A stretch of DNA of 57,976 bases from Gemmatimonadota bacterium (GTDB lineage: Bacteria > Gemmatimonadota > Gemmatimonadetes > Palauibacterales > KS3-K002): positions 4,573,990 to 4,631,965 of the forward strand of contig CP070812.1 in assembly GCA_020344015.1 (NCBI GenBank). The letters are read 5' to 3'. Both the position numbers and the translations under genes were made by a program. Shown here piece after piece: positions 27,748 through 36,112 of the stretch. The notes beneath the pieces are model-generated. The model did no database searches and was not told the DNA's origin. It was given only the letters and a program-made list of their open reading frames with translations. Numbering within the stretch: the first letter of the stretch is position 1; the number at the start of each line of letters is the position of its first letter.

Positions 27748-27748
27748 A

Positions 27749-28186
27749 ATGGAAGTCGCGCCAAGCGGTACCTCGGAAGAGGGGCTGAGGGCGGCGCTGG
27801 AGGCGGCAGGCCACCGGCACACGACGCAACGGGCGGCCATCTATAGCTTTCTGCGTCGCGTCACGACGCACCCCACCGCCGACGAGATCTTCACGCAGGT
27901 GCGAGAAGTGCTGCCGGATATCAGCCTGGCGACGGTGTACAAAGCGCTCGAAGCGTTCGTGGAAGCTGGCATTGCCCAGAAGCTGGCGCTGGGAGGCGGG
28001 CCGGCGCGCTACGACGGTCGCGTTGAAGACCACGACCATATTCGCTGCCTGAAGTGCGGCATAGTCAGGGATGTGGTCGGCAGTCACGACAACGACATGA
28101 TCCGGTGCCTGAGTAGCGACGAGGGCTTCGAGATTATTGACTACCGTTTGGAGCTGGTCGGCTACTGCCCGAACTGCCAGAACTAG
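27749..28186 (+). CDS. Fur family regulator, PerR-like
   Basis: TTQRAAI, HPTADEIF, ISLATVYKAL, RYDG..DHDHIRCLKCG, GYCPNC. Confidence 0.92.
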   Translation: MEVAPSGTSEEGLRAALEAAGHRHTTQRAAIYSFLRRVTTHPTADEIFTQVREVLPDISLATVYKALEAFVEAGIAQKLALGGGPARYDGRVEDHDHIRCLKCGIVRDVVGSHDNDMIRCLSSDEGFEIIDYRLELVGYCPNCQN

Positions 28187-28253
28187 TCGGACGGATTGCG
28201 CTGCATCCCACACATTCACTCCGCGGCTGCTATCCGGGGCTGAATTCGAATAG

Positions 28254-28289
28254 GCGCGGTGCCTGGCTACCCAGGGCCGCGCATTTTCT
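28254..28289 (+). terminator. Terminator-like hairpin between perR-like gene and arginine decarboxylase
   Basis: GCGCGG..CCTGG-CTAC-CCAGG.CCGCGC followed by ATTTTCT. Confidence 0.45.
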
Positions 28290-28303
28290 ATGAGGGCTGG
28301 ACG

Positions 28304-28864
28304 GTGTCGGTGTCTTTATCCTTCGTACCTAAGAAGATCTTCCTGACCAGGGGAGTAGGGAAACACCGCGAGCGGCTCTCCGCCTTCGAGATGGCACTGC
28401 GCGATGCCCGAATCGCTCGTTACAACCTGGTGAACGTCTCCTCCATCTTTCCGCCGCACTGCGAGCTAGTAGATCGGGAGGAGGGGCTGGGGTTGATGAC
28501 GCCGGGACAGATCACCTTCGCCGTGATGTCGCGGCTCGACACCAATGAGCCGAGCCGGCTGGTCGCGGCCAGTATCGGCGTGGCGATCCCGAAGGATCCG
28601 AATCAGTTCGGCTATCTATCAGAGCACCACGCGTACGGGCAGAGCGAGAGGACGGCGGGCGACTACGCCGAGGACCTCGCCGCCAGCATGCTGGCGACGA
28701 TCCTCGGGGTGCCTTTCGATCCGGACACGGCGTGGGACGAGCAGCGTGCTCAATGGCAGGTCTCGGGCAAAATCGTAAAGACGGAAAACATCACTCAGAC
28801 CGCGGAGGGGCCAGAGGACGGCAAATGGGTCAGCGCCGTCACCGCCGCGGTTCTTCTGCCCTGA
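28304..28864 (+). CDS. pdaD: Pyruvoyl-dependent arginine decarboxylase
   Basis: VPKKIFLTRGVG, LSAFEMALRDARI..NLVNVSSIFPP (Ser-Ser cleavage site), GYLSEHH. Confidence 0.92.
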   Translation: MSVSLSFVPKKIFLTRGVGKHRERLSAFEMALRDARIARYNLVNVSSIFPPHCELVDREEGLGLMTPGQITFAVMSRLDTNEPSRLVAASIGVAIPKDPNQFGYLSEHHAYGQSERTAGDYAEDLAASMLATILGVPFDPDTAWDEQRAQWQVSGKIVKTENITQTAEGPEDGKWVSAVTAAVLLP

Positions 28865-28872
28865 AGCGAGCC

Positions 28873-29757
28873 ATGTCAGACTTCTCTTGGGAAGACCCGT
28901 ACGCCTTCCTTGGGTTAGGGGAGGAGTTCGCCAGCCTCGAGCGGGCGCAGGTAGCATTGTTGCCGGTCCCCTTCGAGGCCACCACGTCGTACAAGGAGGG
29001 GACGCGCCGCGGCCCCGAGGCGATCCTGCAGGCGTCCCGGCATGTGGAGCTCTACGACCACGAGCTCGATTCCGAGCCGTTCCGCGTCGGGATCCATACT
29101 TACCCGATGGTCGAGCTGACCGCTGGCGGCCCCGAGGCGGCGCTGGCGGAGTTGCGGGAGCGCTACGCCGAGGCGTGCGCCGGCGGCCGGTTCGTCATCA
29201 TGCTGGGCGGCGAGCACACGATCACCCAGGTGCCGGCGCTTTACTGGGCCGATCGCCTCAACGACGAACTCGGCATCCTCCAGTTCGACGCCCACGCCGA
29301 CCTGCGCGACAGCTTCCACGGGACCCTTTGGAGTCATGCCTGCGTCATGCGCAGGGTGGTGGACCGGGTCAAGCCTACCGGTGTGGGGATCAGGGCGATC
29401 GACATCGAGGAGAAGCGGCTGATCGACGAGCTCGGCCTCACTATGGTATACGCCGAAGAGCTGGGTAGGCCGGCTTGGGAGGAACGGGTGCTGGCGGCGT
29501 TGCCTGAGAACGTATACCTGAGCTTCGACGTCGACTTTTTCGACCCGGCCCTCGTGCCGGCGACCGGCACCCCGGAGCCCGGCGGCGGAACCTGGGACCA
29601 GGCGATGACGTTGCTTCGGCGTGTCTTCGCTGAGAAGAACGTGGTCGCCGCCGATGTGGTGGAGCTGGCGCCGTTGCCCGGTATCGTGGCACCGGATTTC
29701 TTGGTGGCGAAGCTGGTTTATAAGATGATTGGCTATTGGGAGGCCAAAAACCGCTAG
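28873..29757 (+). CDS. speB: Agmatinase (ureohydrolase)
   Basis: GPEAILQAS, GGEHT, DAHADLR, SHAC, SFDVDFFDP..PATGTPEPGG. Confidence 0.93.
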   Translation: MSDFSWEDPYAFLGLGEEFASLERAQVALLPVPFEATTSYKEGTRRGPEAILQASRHVELYDHELDSEPFRVGIHTYPMVELTAGGPEAALAELRERYAEACAGGRFVIMLGGEHTITQVPALYWADRLNDELGILQFDAHADLRDSFHGTLWSHACVMRRVVDRVKPTGVGIRAIDIEEKRLIDELGLTMVYAEELGRPAWEERVLAALPENVYLSFDVDFFDPALVPATGTPEPGGGTWDQAMTLLRRVFAEKNVVAADVVELAPLPGIVAPDFLVAKLVYKMIGYWEAKNR

Positions 29758-29852
29758 CCGGTGGCCGGTACGCCGGTAGCCGGTAACTCCGAAATCCCAA
29801 CTCATCGTTCGCAATCACCGGCCACCGGCCTACCGACCACCGGCCACCAGCC
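29751..29852. repeat. Intergenic heptamer fold-back repeat (CCGGT[AG]G)n...(C[CT]ACCGG)n
   Basis: About five forward and five inverted units around a ~30 nt spacer. Confidence 0.8.
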
Positions 29853-29863
29853 TGAAGGAATAG

Positions 29864-30604
29864 ATGCAGGACGGAACATCGATCGGAATACTCGTAGCAT
29901 TCCTCGCCGGGCTACTCTCCTTCCTCAGTCCCTGCGTTCTACCGTTGGTCCCGTCCTACGTTTCCTTCGTCACCGGGCTTGGTCTGGAGGAGCTGGAGCA
30001 GGGCGGCGGTGAGGTGAAGCGGGTGACGCTGGTTCATTCGCTTCTGTTCGTGGCCGGCTTCACCCTGATCTTCCTACTGATGGGCGCCTCGGCCACCTAT
30101 GTCGGACAGCTGCTTCGCGTCTATCAGGACGCCATCGCCCGCATCGGCGGTGTCGTCATCATTCTCTTCGGCGTCTTGCTGCTTGGTGTGATCCCGATTC
30201 CCGCCTTGAGCCGTGAGAAGCGCTACCAGTTCCAGAGCAAGCCGGTGGGCTACGCGGGGACGGTGGCTGTGGGTGTGGCTTTCGGTGCCGGCTGGGTCCC
30301 CTGTATCGGTCCGATCCTCGGTGCGATCCTCACGCTGGCGGCGACCCGCGCCGATGTCGCTCAAGGCGTGGGGCTCCTGTTCGTCTACTCGCTGGGGCTG
30401 GCGGTCCCCTTCGTGTTGAGCGCGGTTGCGCTCACCGCTTTCCTGGCCTGGTTCCAGAAGTTCCGGCGCTACGTCCGCTACGTCGAGTGGGTAGCGGGGA
30501 TCCTGCTCATCCTGGTTGGGCTGCTGTTGGTGACCGGCAAGTTCACGGTCCTGGCGGGCTGGCTCATCCAGTTCACACCCGATTTCCTACTGGAGCACAT
30601 CTAG
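29864..30604 (+). CDS. ccdA: Cytochrome c biogenesis / thiol-disulfide transporter CcdA
   Basis: AFLAGLLSFLSPCVLPLVP, FGAGWVPCIGPILGAIL, YSLGLAVPF. Confidence 0.95.
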   Translation: MQDGTSIGILVAFLAGLLSFLSPCVLPLVPSYVSFVTGLGLEELEQGGGEVKRVTLVHSLLFVAGFTLIFLLMGASATYVGQLLRVYQDAIARIGGVVIILFGVLLLGVIPIPALSREKRYQFQSKPVGYAGTVAVGVAFGAGWVPCIGPILGAILTLAATRADVAQGVGLLFVYSLGLAVPFVLSAVALTAFLAWFQKFRRYVRYVEWVAGILLILVGLLLVTGKFTVLAGWLIQFTPDFLLEHI

Positions 30605-30634
30605 CCTCAAATGCGCCGGACTCGCGGCGCCGCC

Positions 30635-32395
30635 TCAGGCGGCGCCCGCGTCGACTTCGAGACTTTCCTCTAACAGCTGACGTCTGAGCAAGCGCGCGTA
30701 GACGCCTTCCGCTTCCAGCAACTGGGAGTGGGTGCCGCGCTCTACGATCTCACCTTCCTCGACGACAAGTATCAGGTCGGCGTCCTTCACTGCGGTCACG
30801 CGATGCGAGACGATGATGCTCGTGTGACGCCTGAGCACATCGCGCAGACCGTCGAGGATCGCCGCTTCGGTGTGCGTGTCCACCGATGACAAAGCGTCGT
30901 CGAGGATGAGGACGGGTGCGTCCCGGGTAAGGGCGCGCGCCAGCGTTGCCCGCTGCTTCTGGCCGCCTGAAAGGTTGATGCCGCGCTCGCCGAGCTGGGT
31001 ATCGTAGCCCTTGGGGAAATCGCGAATAGTGTCGGCCAGCTGGGCGATCGCGGCGACTTCCTCGATCCGCTCCCGCTCGCCGCCGTCCTGCAAGCCGAAA
31101 GCGATGTTGGCGCCCAGCGTCTCGGAGAACAGGAAGGGCTCCTGAGGCACCATGGCGATGAGACGGCGCAGTTGTTCGAGCCGGATTTCGCGAATCTGAA
31201 CGCCGTCGAGCAAGATTTCGCCTTCACTGGGATCGTAAAGCCGCGGGATCAACCTGACGACAGAACTTTTCCCGGATCCGGTTCGTCCGACGATGGCGAC
31301 CGTCCGGCCCGGCTCGATCGTGAACGAGACGTCACGGAGGACGTGGCGCTCCGTGCCCGGGTAGCGGAACGAGACGTTCCTGAACTCGATGCCGCCCTGC
31401 GGAGCTTCGATTTCGACCGGCCGTTCCGCGTCGCGGATCGACGGCTGCTCGCTCATGATCTCCTGGATGCGGCCCATCGATGCGGAGCCGCGCTCGAACA
31501 GATTGATCACCCAGCCGAGGGCTATCATGGGCCAGGTGAGCTGCAGCAGGTAGAAGGCGAAGGCGACGAAGTCGCCGATAGTGATGCGACCGAGGATCAC
31601 ATCGCGGCCTCCGACCCAGAGCACGATCACGGCGCCCAGCCCGGTGAGCAACATGAGCGCCGGGAAGAACAGCCCCCAAACCCTGGCCAGCCGGAGGTTG
31701 CGTCTCATGTAATCGCGATTGAGCTGAGCGAACTGGCCGGCCTGGGCGTCCTCCTGGACGTAGGCGCGCACGATGCGCGCTCCGGCGAGGTTCTCCTGGG
31801 CCATCGTTGAGATGCGGCCGAACTGCGCCTGGATCGCCTCGAAGCGTTGGTGGATCTCGCGCCCGAAGTAGATCGTGACCGGCGGCACACAGGCGAGTGG
31901 CAGGACGGCCAGGATCGTCAGACGCGGATCGATGAGCATAAGCATCGTCAGCGCGATGATCGAGATGACCGTCGTGTTCACCAAATACATGATCGCCGGG
32001 CCGATCACCATGCGGACCGCCGGTATGTCGTTGGTGGCCCTGCTCATCAGCTCGCCGGTCGGGACGCGCCCGTAGAAGTCAGGCGCCAGCCTCAAAAGGT
32101 GGGCGAAGTAGTCGTCGCGCAGATCGTTCTCCACCCGACGACTCATGCCGTTGATCAGTTGGCGCATCAGGTAGCGGCCGGCGCCGCCGAGCAGGGAGAA
32201 GCCGACGATCGCCCCCGCGTAGGCGGCCAGGCCTGCCGGCGTGATCCCCCTCTCCAGGGCATCGATAGCCAGCTTCAGCAGGTAGGGCCAGGTTAGGGAG
32301 AAGAGATTGGCCACCACCACCAGGCTGAGGCCCGCGGCGATGCGGCGGCGGTAGCGACGTGCGTAGGGGACTAACGGTGCGAGCTGCTTCAGCAC
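30635..32395 (-). CDS. ABC exporter, fused permease/ATPase (MdlA-like)
   Basis: TGELMSRATND, GRTGSGKS, LSGGQKQR, LILDD, IVSHR. Confidence 0.95.
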   Translation of the reverse strand: MLKQLAPLVPYARRYRRRIAAGLSLVVVANLFSLTWPYLLKLAIDALERGITPAGLAAYAGAIVGFSLLGGAGRYLMRQLINGMSRRVENDLRDDYFAHLLRLAPDFYGRVPTGELMSRATNDIPAVRMVIGPAIMYLVNTTVISIIALTMLMLIDPRLTILAVLPLACVPPVTIYFGREIHQRFEAIQAQFGRISTMAQENLAGARIVRAYVQEDAQAGQFAQLNRDYMRRNLRLARVWGLFFPALMLLTGLGAVIVLWVGGRDVILGRITIGDFVAFAFYLLQLTWPMIALGWVINLFERGSASMGRIQEIMSEQPSIRDAERPVEIEAPQGGIEFRNVSFRYPGTERHVLRDVSFTIEPGRTVAIVGRTGSGKSSVVRLIPRLYDPSEGEILLDGVQIREIRLEQLRRLIAMVPQEPFLFSETLGANIAFGLQDGGERERIEEVAAIAQLADTIRDFPKGYDTQLGERGINLSGGQKQRATLARALTRDAPVLILDDALSSVDTHTEAAILDGLRDVLRRHTSIIVSHRVTAVKDADLILVVEEGEIVERGTHSQLLEAEGVYARLLRRQLLEESLEVDAGAA

Positions 32396-32396
32396 G

Positions 32397-34145
32397 TCAA
32401 TACCCGATCGCCCTGCTGTTGCTGCTCCGTGGGTCGGAGGCGCCGTAGAGGGTGCCGTCAGGCTCGCGGATGATCAGCTGTACATCAGCCCAGTAACCGC
32501 GCCTCGACATGATCGTGTGCCCGAACCCCTCGAGCACCGACCTGGTCCGCTCGTCGATGCCGTTCCTCTCGACCATTATCGCGTCGGGCAACAGCTGGTG
32601 GTGGATTCGCGGCGCGTCTACCGCGCTTCGCACATCCATCTCGAAATCGATGACGTTGATGATCGTCTGCGCTACAGCGGTGATGATCCGCGGGCCACCG
32701 GGCGACCCGACGACCATGCGCAGCTCGCCCTCTGGGGCGACGACGATGGAAGGAGTCATCGCCGAAAGCATGCGTCGGCCCGGCGCAACCAAGTTCGCCT
32801 CGCCCTGGATGAGGCCGTACTGGTTCGCGTAGCCGGCTCGCATCGCGAAGTCGTCCATCTCGTTGTTAAGGAAGAAGCCCGCCCGCGCCACCACGACACC
32901 GGAGCCGTACCCCGAGTTGATCGTGTAGGTCAGAGCGACGGCGCTGCCCTGGCCGTCGACGATCGAGTAGTGTGTCGTGTGTGACCCTTCCTGCAGCACC
33001 GGCACGCGATTGAACTGTTCCGACGGCGAGGCGCGGCTACGTGAGATGCCGGCCCGCAATTCCGCCGCGTACTCGTCGCTGATGAGGCGCTCGACGGGCA
33101 TCTCGATATAGTCGGGGTCACCCAAGTAGTAGTTGCGGTCGGCGAACGCCCGGCGAAAGGCCTCGGCGATGAGGTGAATGGCCTCCGGCGAGTTGAAGCC
33201 CAGTTCTCTCAGGTTGTAGCCCTCGAGGATGTTCAGCGTCTCGGCGATCGTGATGCCGCCTGACGACGACGGCGGCATCGAGGCGATGGTATACCCGCGG
33301 TACTCGAATATGATTGGGTCCCGCCACTTCGCGGTGTAGCGCCTCAAGTCTTCGTGCGTGATCAGGCCGCCGCTCCGGCGCATCTCGTCGACGATCATGT
33401 CGGCGATCGCTCCGTGATAGAAAGCCGATTTCCCTTCCGCGGCGATCAGGCGAAGCGTCTCTCCAAGCTGCGGCTGCTGGAAGGTCGAGCCGACACGCGG
33501 GGCCTCGCCGCCCGGGTAGAAGATCTGTTGTGTCGTCTCGAACTCGGCGAAACGAGTCTGTCTGGCGGCCAGGCCATCGTGGAGCGCCTGGGTGACGACG
33601 AAACCGTTTTCGGCCAGCTCGATGGCCGGCGCGATCAGCTCTTCCCAGGAGAGCGAGCCGTAGCGCTGGTGAAGCTCCCAGAGCCCAGCCACCGTACCGG
33701 GCACGCCCGCGGCGAGGTGCCCGAGCACCGAGGCGTCGGTGGGCCGTCCTTCCTCGTCGAGGAAGCGTTGCGGTGTCGCCAGCATCGGCGCCATCTCGCG
33801 GAAGTCGAGTGAGGCCGTCTCACCATCGGCCAGGCGCACGACGGCGAAACCGCCGCCGCCAATGTTGCCGGCGCTGGGATACACCACCGCGAGTGCGAAC
33901 CCGACGGCGATCGCCGCGTCTACAGCGTTACCGCCGGCCTCCAGGATATCGACCCCGACGCGCGTCGCCCGGACGTCGGTGGTGGCCACCATCCCCTGGG
34001 TGCCCGTCCCGATCGGGTCGAGGCCGCGGAACTCCCAGTCGAACGGGAAGACCGTGCCCGCCGGGGCGCCGGCGCCGGTACCCGCTGGGGGCGGCGCGCA
34101 GGCCGCGAGGAAAGAAAGCGCCAGGAGGAGGCTGAAGCGCCGCAT
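32397..34145 (-). CDS. ggt: Gamma-glutamyltransferase, lipoprotein signal
   Basis: GGNAVDAAIA, GIGGG-like GNIGGGGF, DFRE, PPSSSGG, HTTHYSIVD (catalytic Thr), NNEMDDF, GSPGGPRI; LAAC lipobox after ATG 34145. Confidence 0.95.
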   Translation of the reverse strand: MRRFSLLLALSFLAACAPPPAGTGAGAPAGTVFPFDWEFRGLDPIGTGTQGMVATTDVRATRVGVDILEAGGNAVDAAIAVGFALAVVYPSAGNIGGGGFAVVRLADGETASLDFREMAPMLATPQRFLDEEGRPTDASVLGHLAAGVPGTVAGLWELHQRYGSLSWEELIAPAIELAENGFVVTQALHDGLAARQTRFAEFETTQQIFYPGGEAPRVGSTFQQPQLGETLRLIAAEGKSAFYHGAIADMIVDEMRRSGGLITHEDLRRYTAKWRDPIIFEYRGYTIASMPPSSSGGITIAETLNILEGYNLRELGFNSPEAIHLIAEAFRRAFADRNYYLGDPDYIEMPVERLISDEYAAELRAGISRSRASPSEQFNRVPVLQEGSHTTHYSIVDGQGSAVALTYTINSGYGSGVVVARAGFFLNNEMDDFAMRAGYANQYGLIQGEANLVAPGRRMLSAMTPSIVVAPEGELRMVVGSPGGPRIITAVAQTIINVIDFEMDVRSAVDAPRIHHQLLPDAIMVERNGIDERTRSVLEGFGHTIMSRRGYWADVQLIIREPDGTLYGASDPRSSNSRAIGY

Positions 34146-34180
34146 ATGCCGTTCCTTTCTACTCCATCTGTGCAGGCGGG

Positions 34181-34864
34181 CTAGATGCCGATTCTTGGGC
34201 AGAGGCCCCCCAGGGCGCAAGTGTCGCATGCCGGACGGCCGGCCCGGCAGACCGCTCGCCCGTGACGTATCAGCTGGATATGAAAGGAGAAACGCAGCTC
34301 GGGCGGGACTGAGCTGTCGCGGTTCAGCAGTTCGTGAGCGTGGTCGGCGGTGGCACGCTCTGCGATCAGGCCGAGACGACGCGCGACCCGGTGGACGTGG
34401 GTGTCCACCGGCATGTACGATCGACCCATGGCGAAGCAGAGCACGCAGGCGGCCGTCTTTAGGCCGACGCCGCGGAATGATGTCAGGTAGTCGATGACCT
34501 CGTGGTCGGTCCGTTCTTCCAGGTGTGAGAGGTCGAGATCTCCCTGCTCGTCATAGACTGCAGCCAGCGCCTCCTGCAGCGAGCGCGCCTTCTGCTTCCA
34601 GAGACCGGCCGACTTGATCGCCTTCTCGACCTCTCCCCGCGGCGCGACACGCACCGCATCCCAATCGGGGAAACGCGCTCGTAGCGACTCGTAGGCGCGA
34701 TCCCGGTTCGTGTCGTTCGTGTTCTGACTGAGGATAGTCAGCATCAGCTCGTCCAACGGGCCGATCCGTTTCTTTTGCGCCGGCCCATAGTGATCCTCCA
34801 GGCGGCGGTGCAGCGCCCTGACGCGGCGGCGCAGCGATCGCGGAGGAGCCTTCGTCGCTACCAC
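34181..34864 (-). CDS. nth: Endonuclease III family HhH-GPD DNA glycosylase
   Basis: TILSQNTND, GVGLKTAACVL, VDTHVHR, CRAGRPACDTC....LC 4Fe-4S motif. Confidence 0.9.
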   Translation of the reverse strand: MVATKAPPRSLRRRVRALHRRLEDHYGPAQKKRIGPLDELMLTILSQNTNDTNRDRAYESLRARFPDWDAVRVAPRGEVEKAIKSAGLWKQKARSLQEALAAVYDEQGDLDLSHLEERTDHEVIDYLTSFRGVGLKTAACVLCFAMGRSYMPVDTHVHRVARRLGLIAERATADHAHELLNRDSSVPPELRFSFHIQLIRHGRAVCRAGRPACDTCALGGLCPRIGI

Positions 34865-36039
34865 TCGGCCAGAACCTTGCAAGCCGCCGCCGCCAACACC
34901 GCCGCCCCACGGGGCAGGCAACTCTCGTCGATGTCGAAACGCGGCGAATGATGGTTGCGCCGGTCGTCCTCGATGGCGGCGCCGAGCCAGAAGAAACAGC
35001 CCGGAGCTTCGCGTGCTAGGAAGGCGAAATCCTCGGCGCCCATGATCAGATCCGCAACCACCACATCATCTTCACCCACGACCGAGCGGGCAGCAGATCG
35101 CACGATCTCGGTCAACCGCACGTCGTTGATCACCGGCGGGTTGCCGTCGCGAATCTGAATCCGCCCTTCGCCGCCGATGGCGTCCGCCACGGCGAATGCG
35201 CGCTGTAGTTCCTCGTGTAGTGTGCTCCGCACTTCAGAATCGAAATAACGCAGTGTGCCTTCTAGTCGGACCTCGCTGCACAAGATATTGGAAGCGGTGC
35301 CGCCCTCGATCGTCCCGAAGGTCACGACCGCGGGCTGCAGGGGATCGACGCGTCGAGCGACGATTCCCTGTGCCGCGAGAATCACATGGCTGGCGAGCAG
35401 CAGCGCGTCTTTCCCTTCGTGGGGTAGCGCGGCGTGGGCGCTCGTGCCGCGGATCGTCCCCAGCAGCGTATCGTTCCCGGCCATCAGCGGGCCCTCGCGG
35501 AACAGGACTTCGTTGGCCGGCGACTCGGCGGCGACGTGCAGACCGACCACCGCGTCGACGCCCTCCATCGCACCGTCTTCGATCATCCTCTGCGCGCCAC
35601 CGACGTTATGCTCGTCGGTCATCTCCTCGGAGGGTTGGAAGATCAGGCGAACGCGGCCCGCCGGCAGATCGCCGCTCCGCTCGCTCTGCGCCAGCAGTAT
35701 CGCGGCACCCAGCAGGCAGGTAACGTGCGCGTCGTGGCCGCAGGCGTGCATGACGCCGTCGACCTGCGAGCGGTAGGGGACGTCGTTAGTCTCCTGGATC
35801 GGGAGAGCATCCATATCGGCGCGGAGCGCCACCGTGCGGCCGTCCCCGCTGCCCAGTTCGCCGACGCAGCCGGTGACACCGACGTCGCTGCGCACGCGGT
35901 AACCCAGACTCTTCAGCCTATCGGCGACCAGTGCGGCGGTGCGGGTCTCCATGAACGAGAGTTCTGGGTGGGCGTGGATGTCGCGCCGGATCTCGATGAG
36001 CTCGGGGGCGAGTTCGCTGGCCCTGGAGAGCAGCTCCAT
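34858..36039 (-). CDS. M20D family amidohydrolase
   Basis: RRDIHAHPELSF, LRADMDALP, MHACGHDAH, FQPSEE, AEDF, HHSPRFDIDE; RBS AGGGAGG before ATG 36039. Confidence 0.93.
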   Translation of the reverse strand: MELLSRASELAPELIEIRRDIHAHPELSFMETRTAALVADRLKSLGYRVRSDVGVTGCVGELGSGDGRTVALRADMDALPIQETNDVPYRSQVDGVMHACGHDAHVTCLLGAAILLAQSERSGDLPAGRVRLIFQPSEEMTDEHNVGGAQRMIEDGAMEGVDAVVGLHVAAESPANEVLFREGPLMAGNDTLLGTIRGTSAHAALPHEGKDALLLASHVILAAQGIVARRVDPLQPAVVTFGTIEGGTASNILCSEVRLEGTLRYFDSEVRSTLHEELQRAFAVADAIGGEGRIQIRDGNPPVINDVRLTEIVRSAARSVVGEDDVVVADLIMGAEDFAFLAREAPGCFFWLGAAIEDDRRNHHSPRFDIDESCLPRGAAVLAAAACKVLAEW

Positions 36040-36074
36040 TTTCCTCCCTTGTGTCTTTTTGAGCGGACCTGCGA

Positions 36075-36103
36075 AGGTTAGGTTTCTCGGCATACTTCGG
36101 CAA
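36075..36103 (-). promoter_or_regulatory. Candidate sigma70 promoter for the amidohydrolase-nth-ggt-ABC unit
   Basis: Minus strand TTGCCG-N17-TAACCT in the short divergent gap. Confidence 0.5.
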
Positions 36104-36112
36104 CGGTGTACC

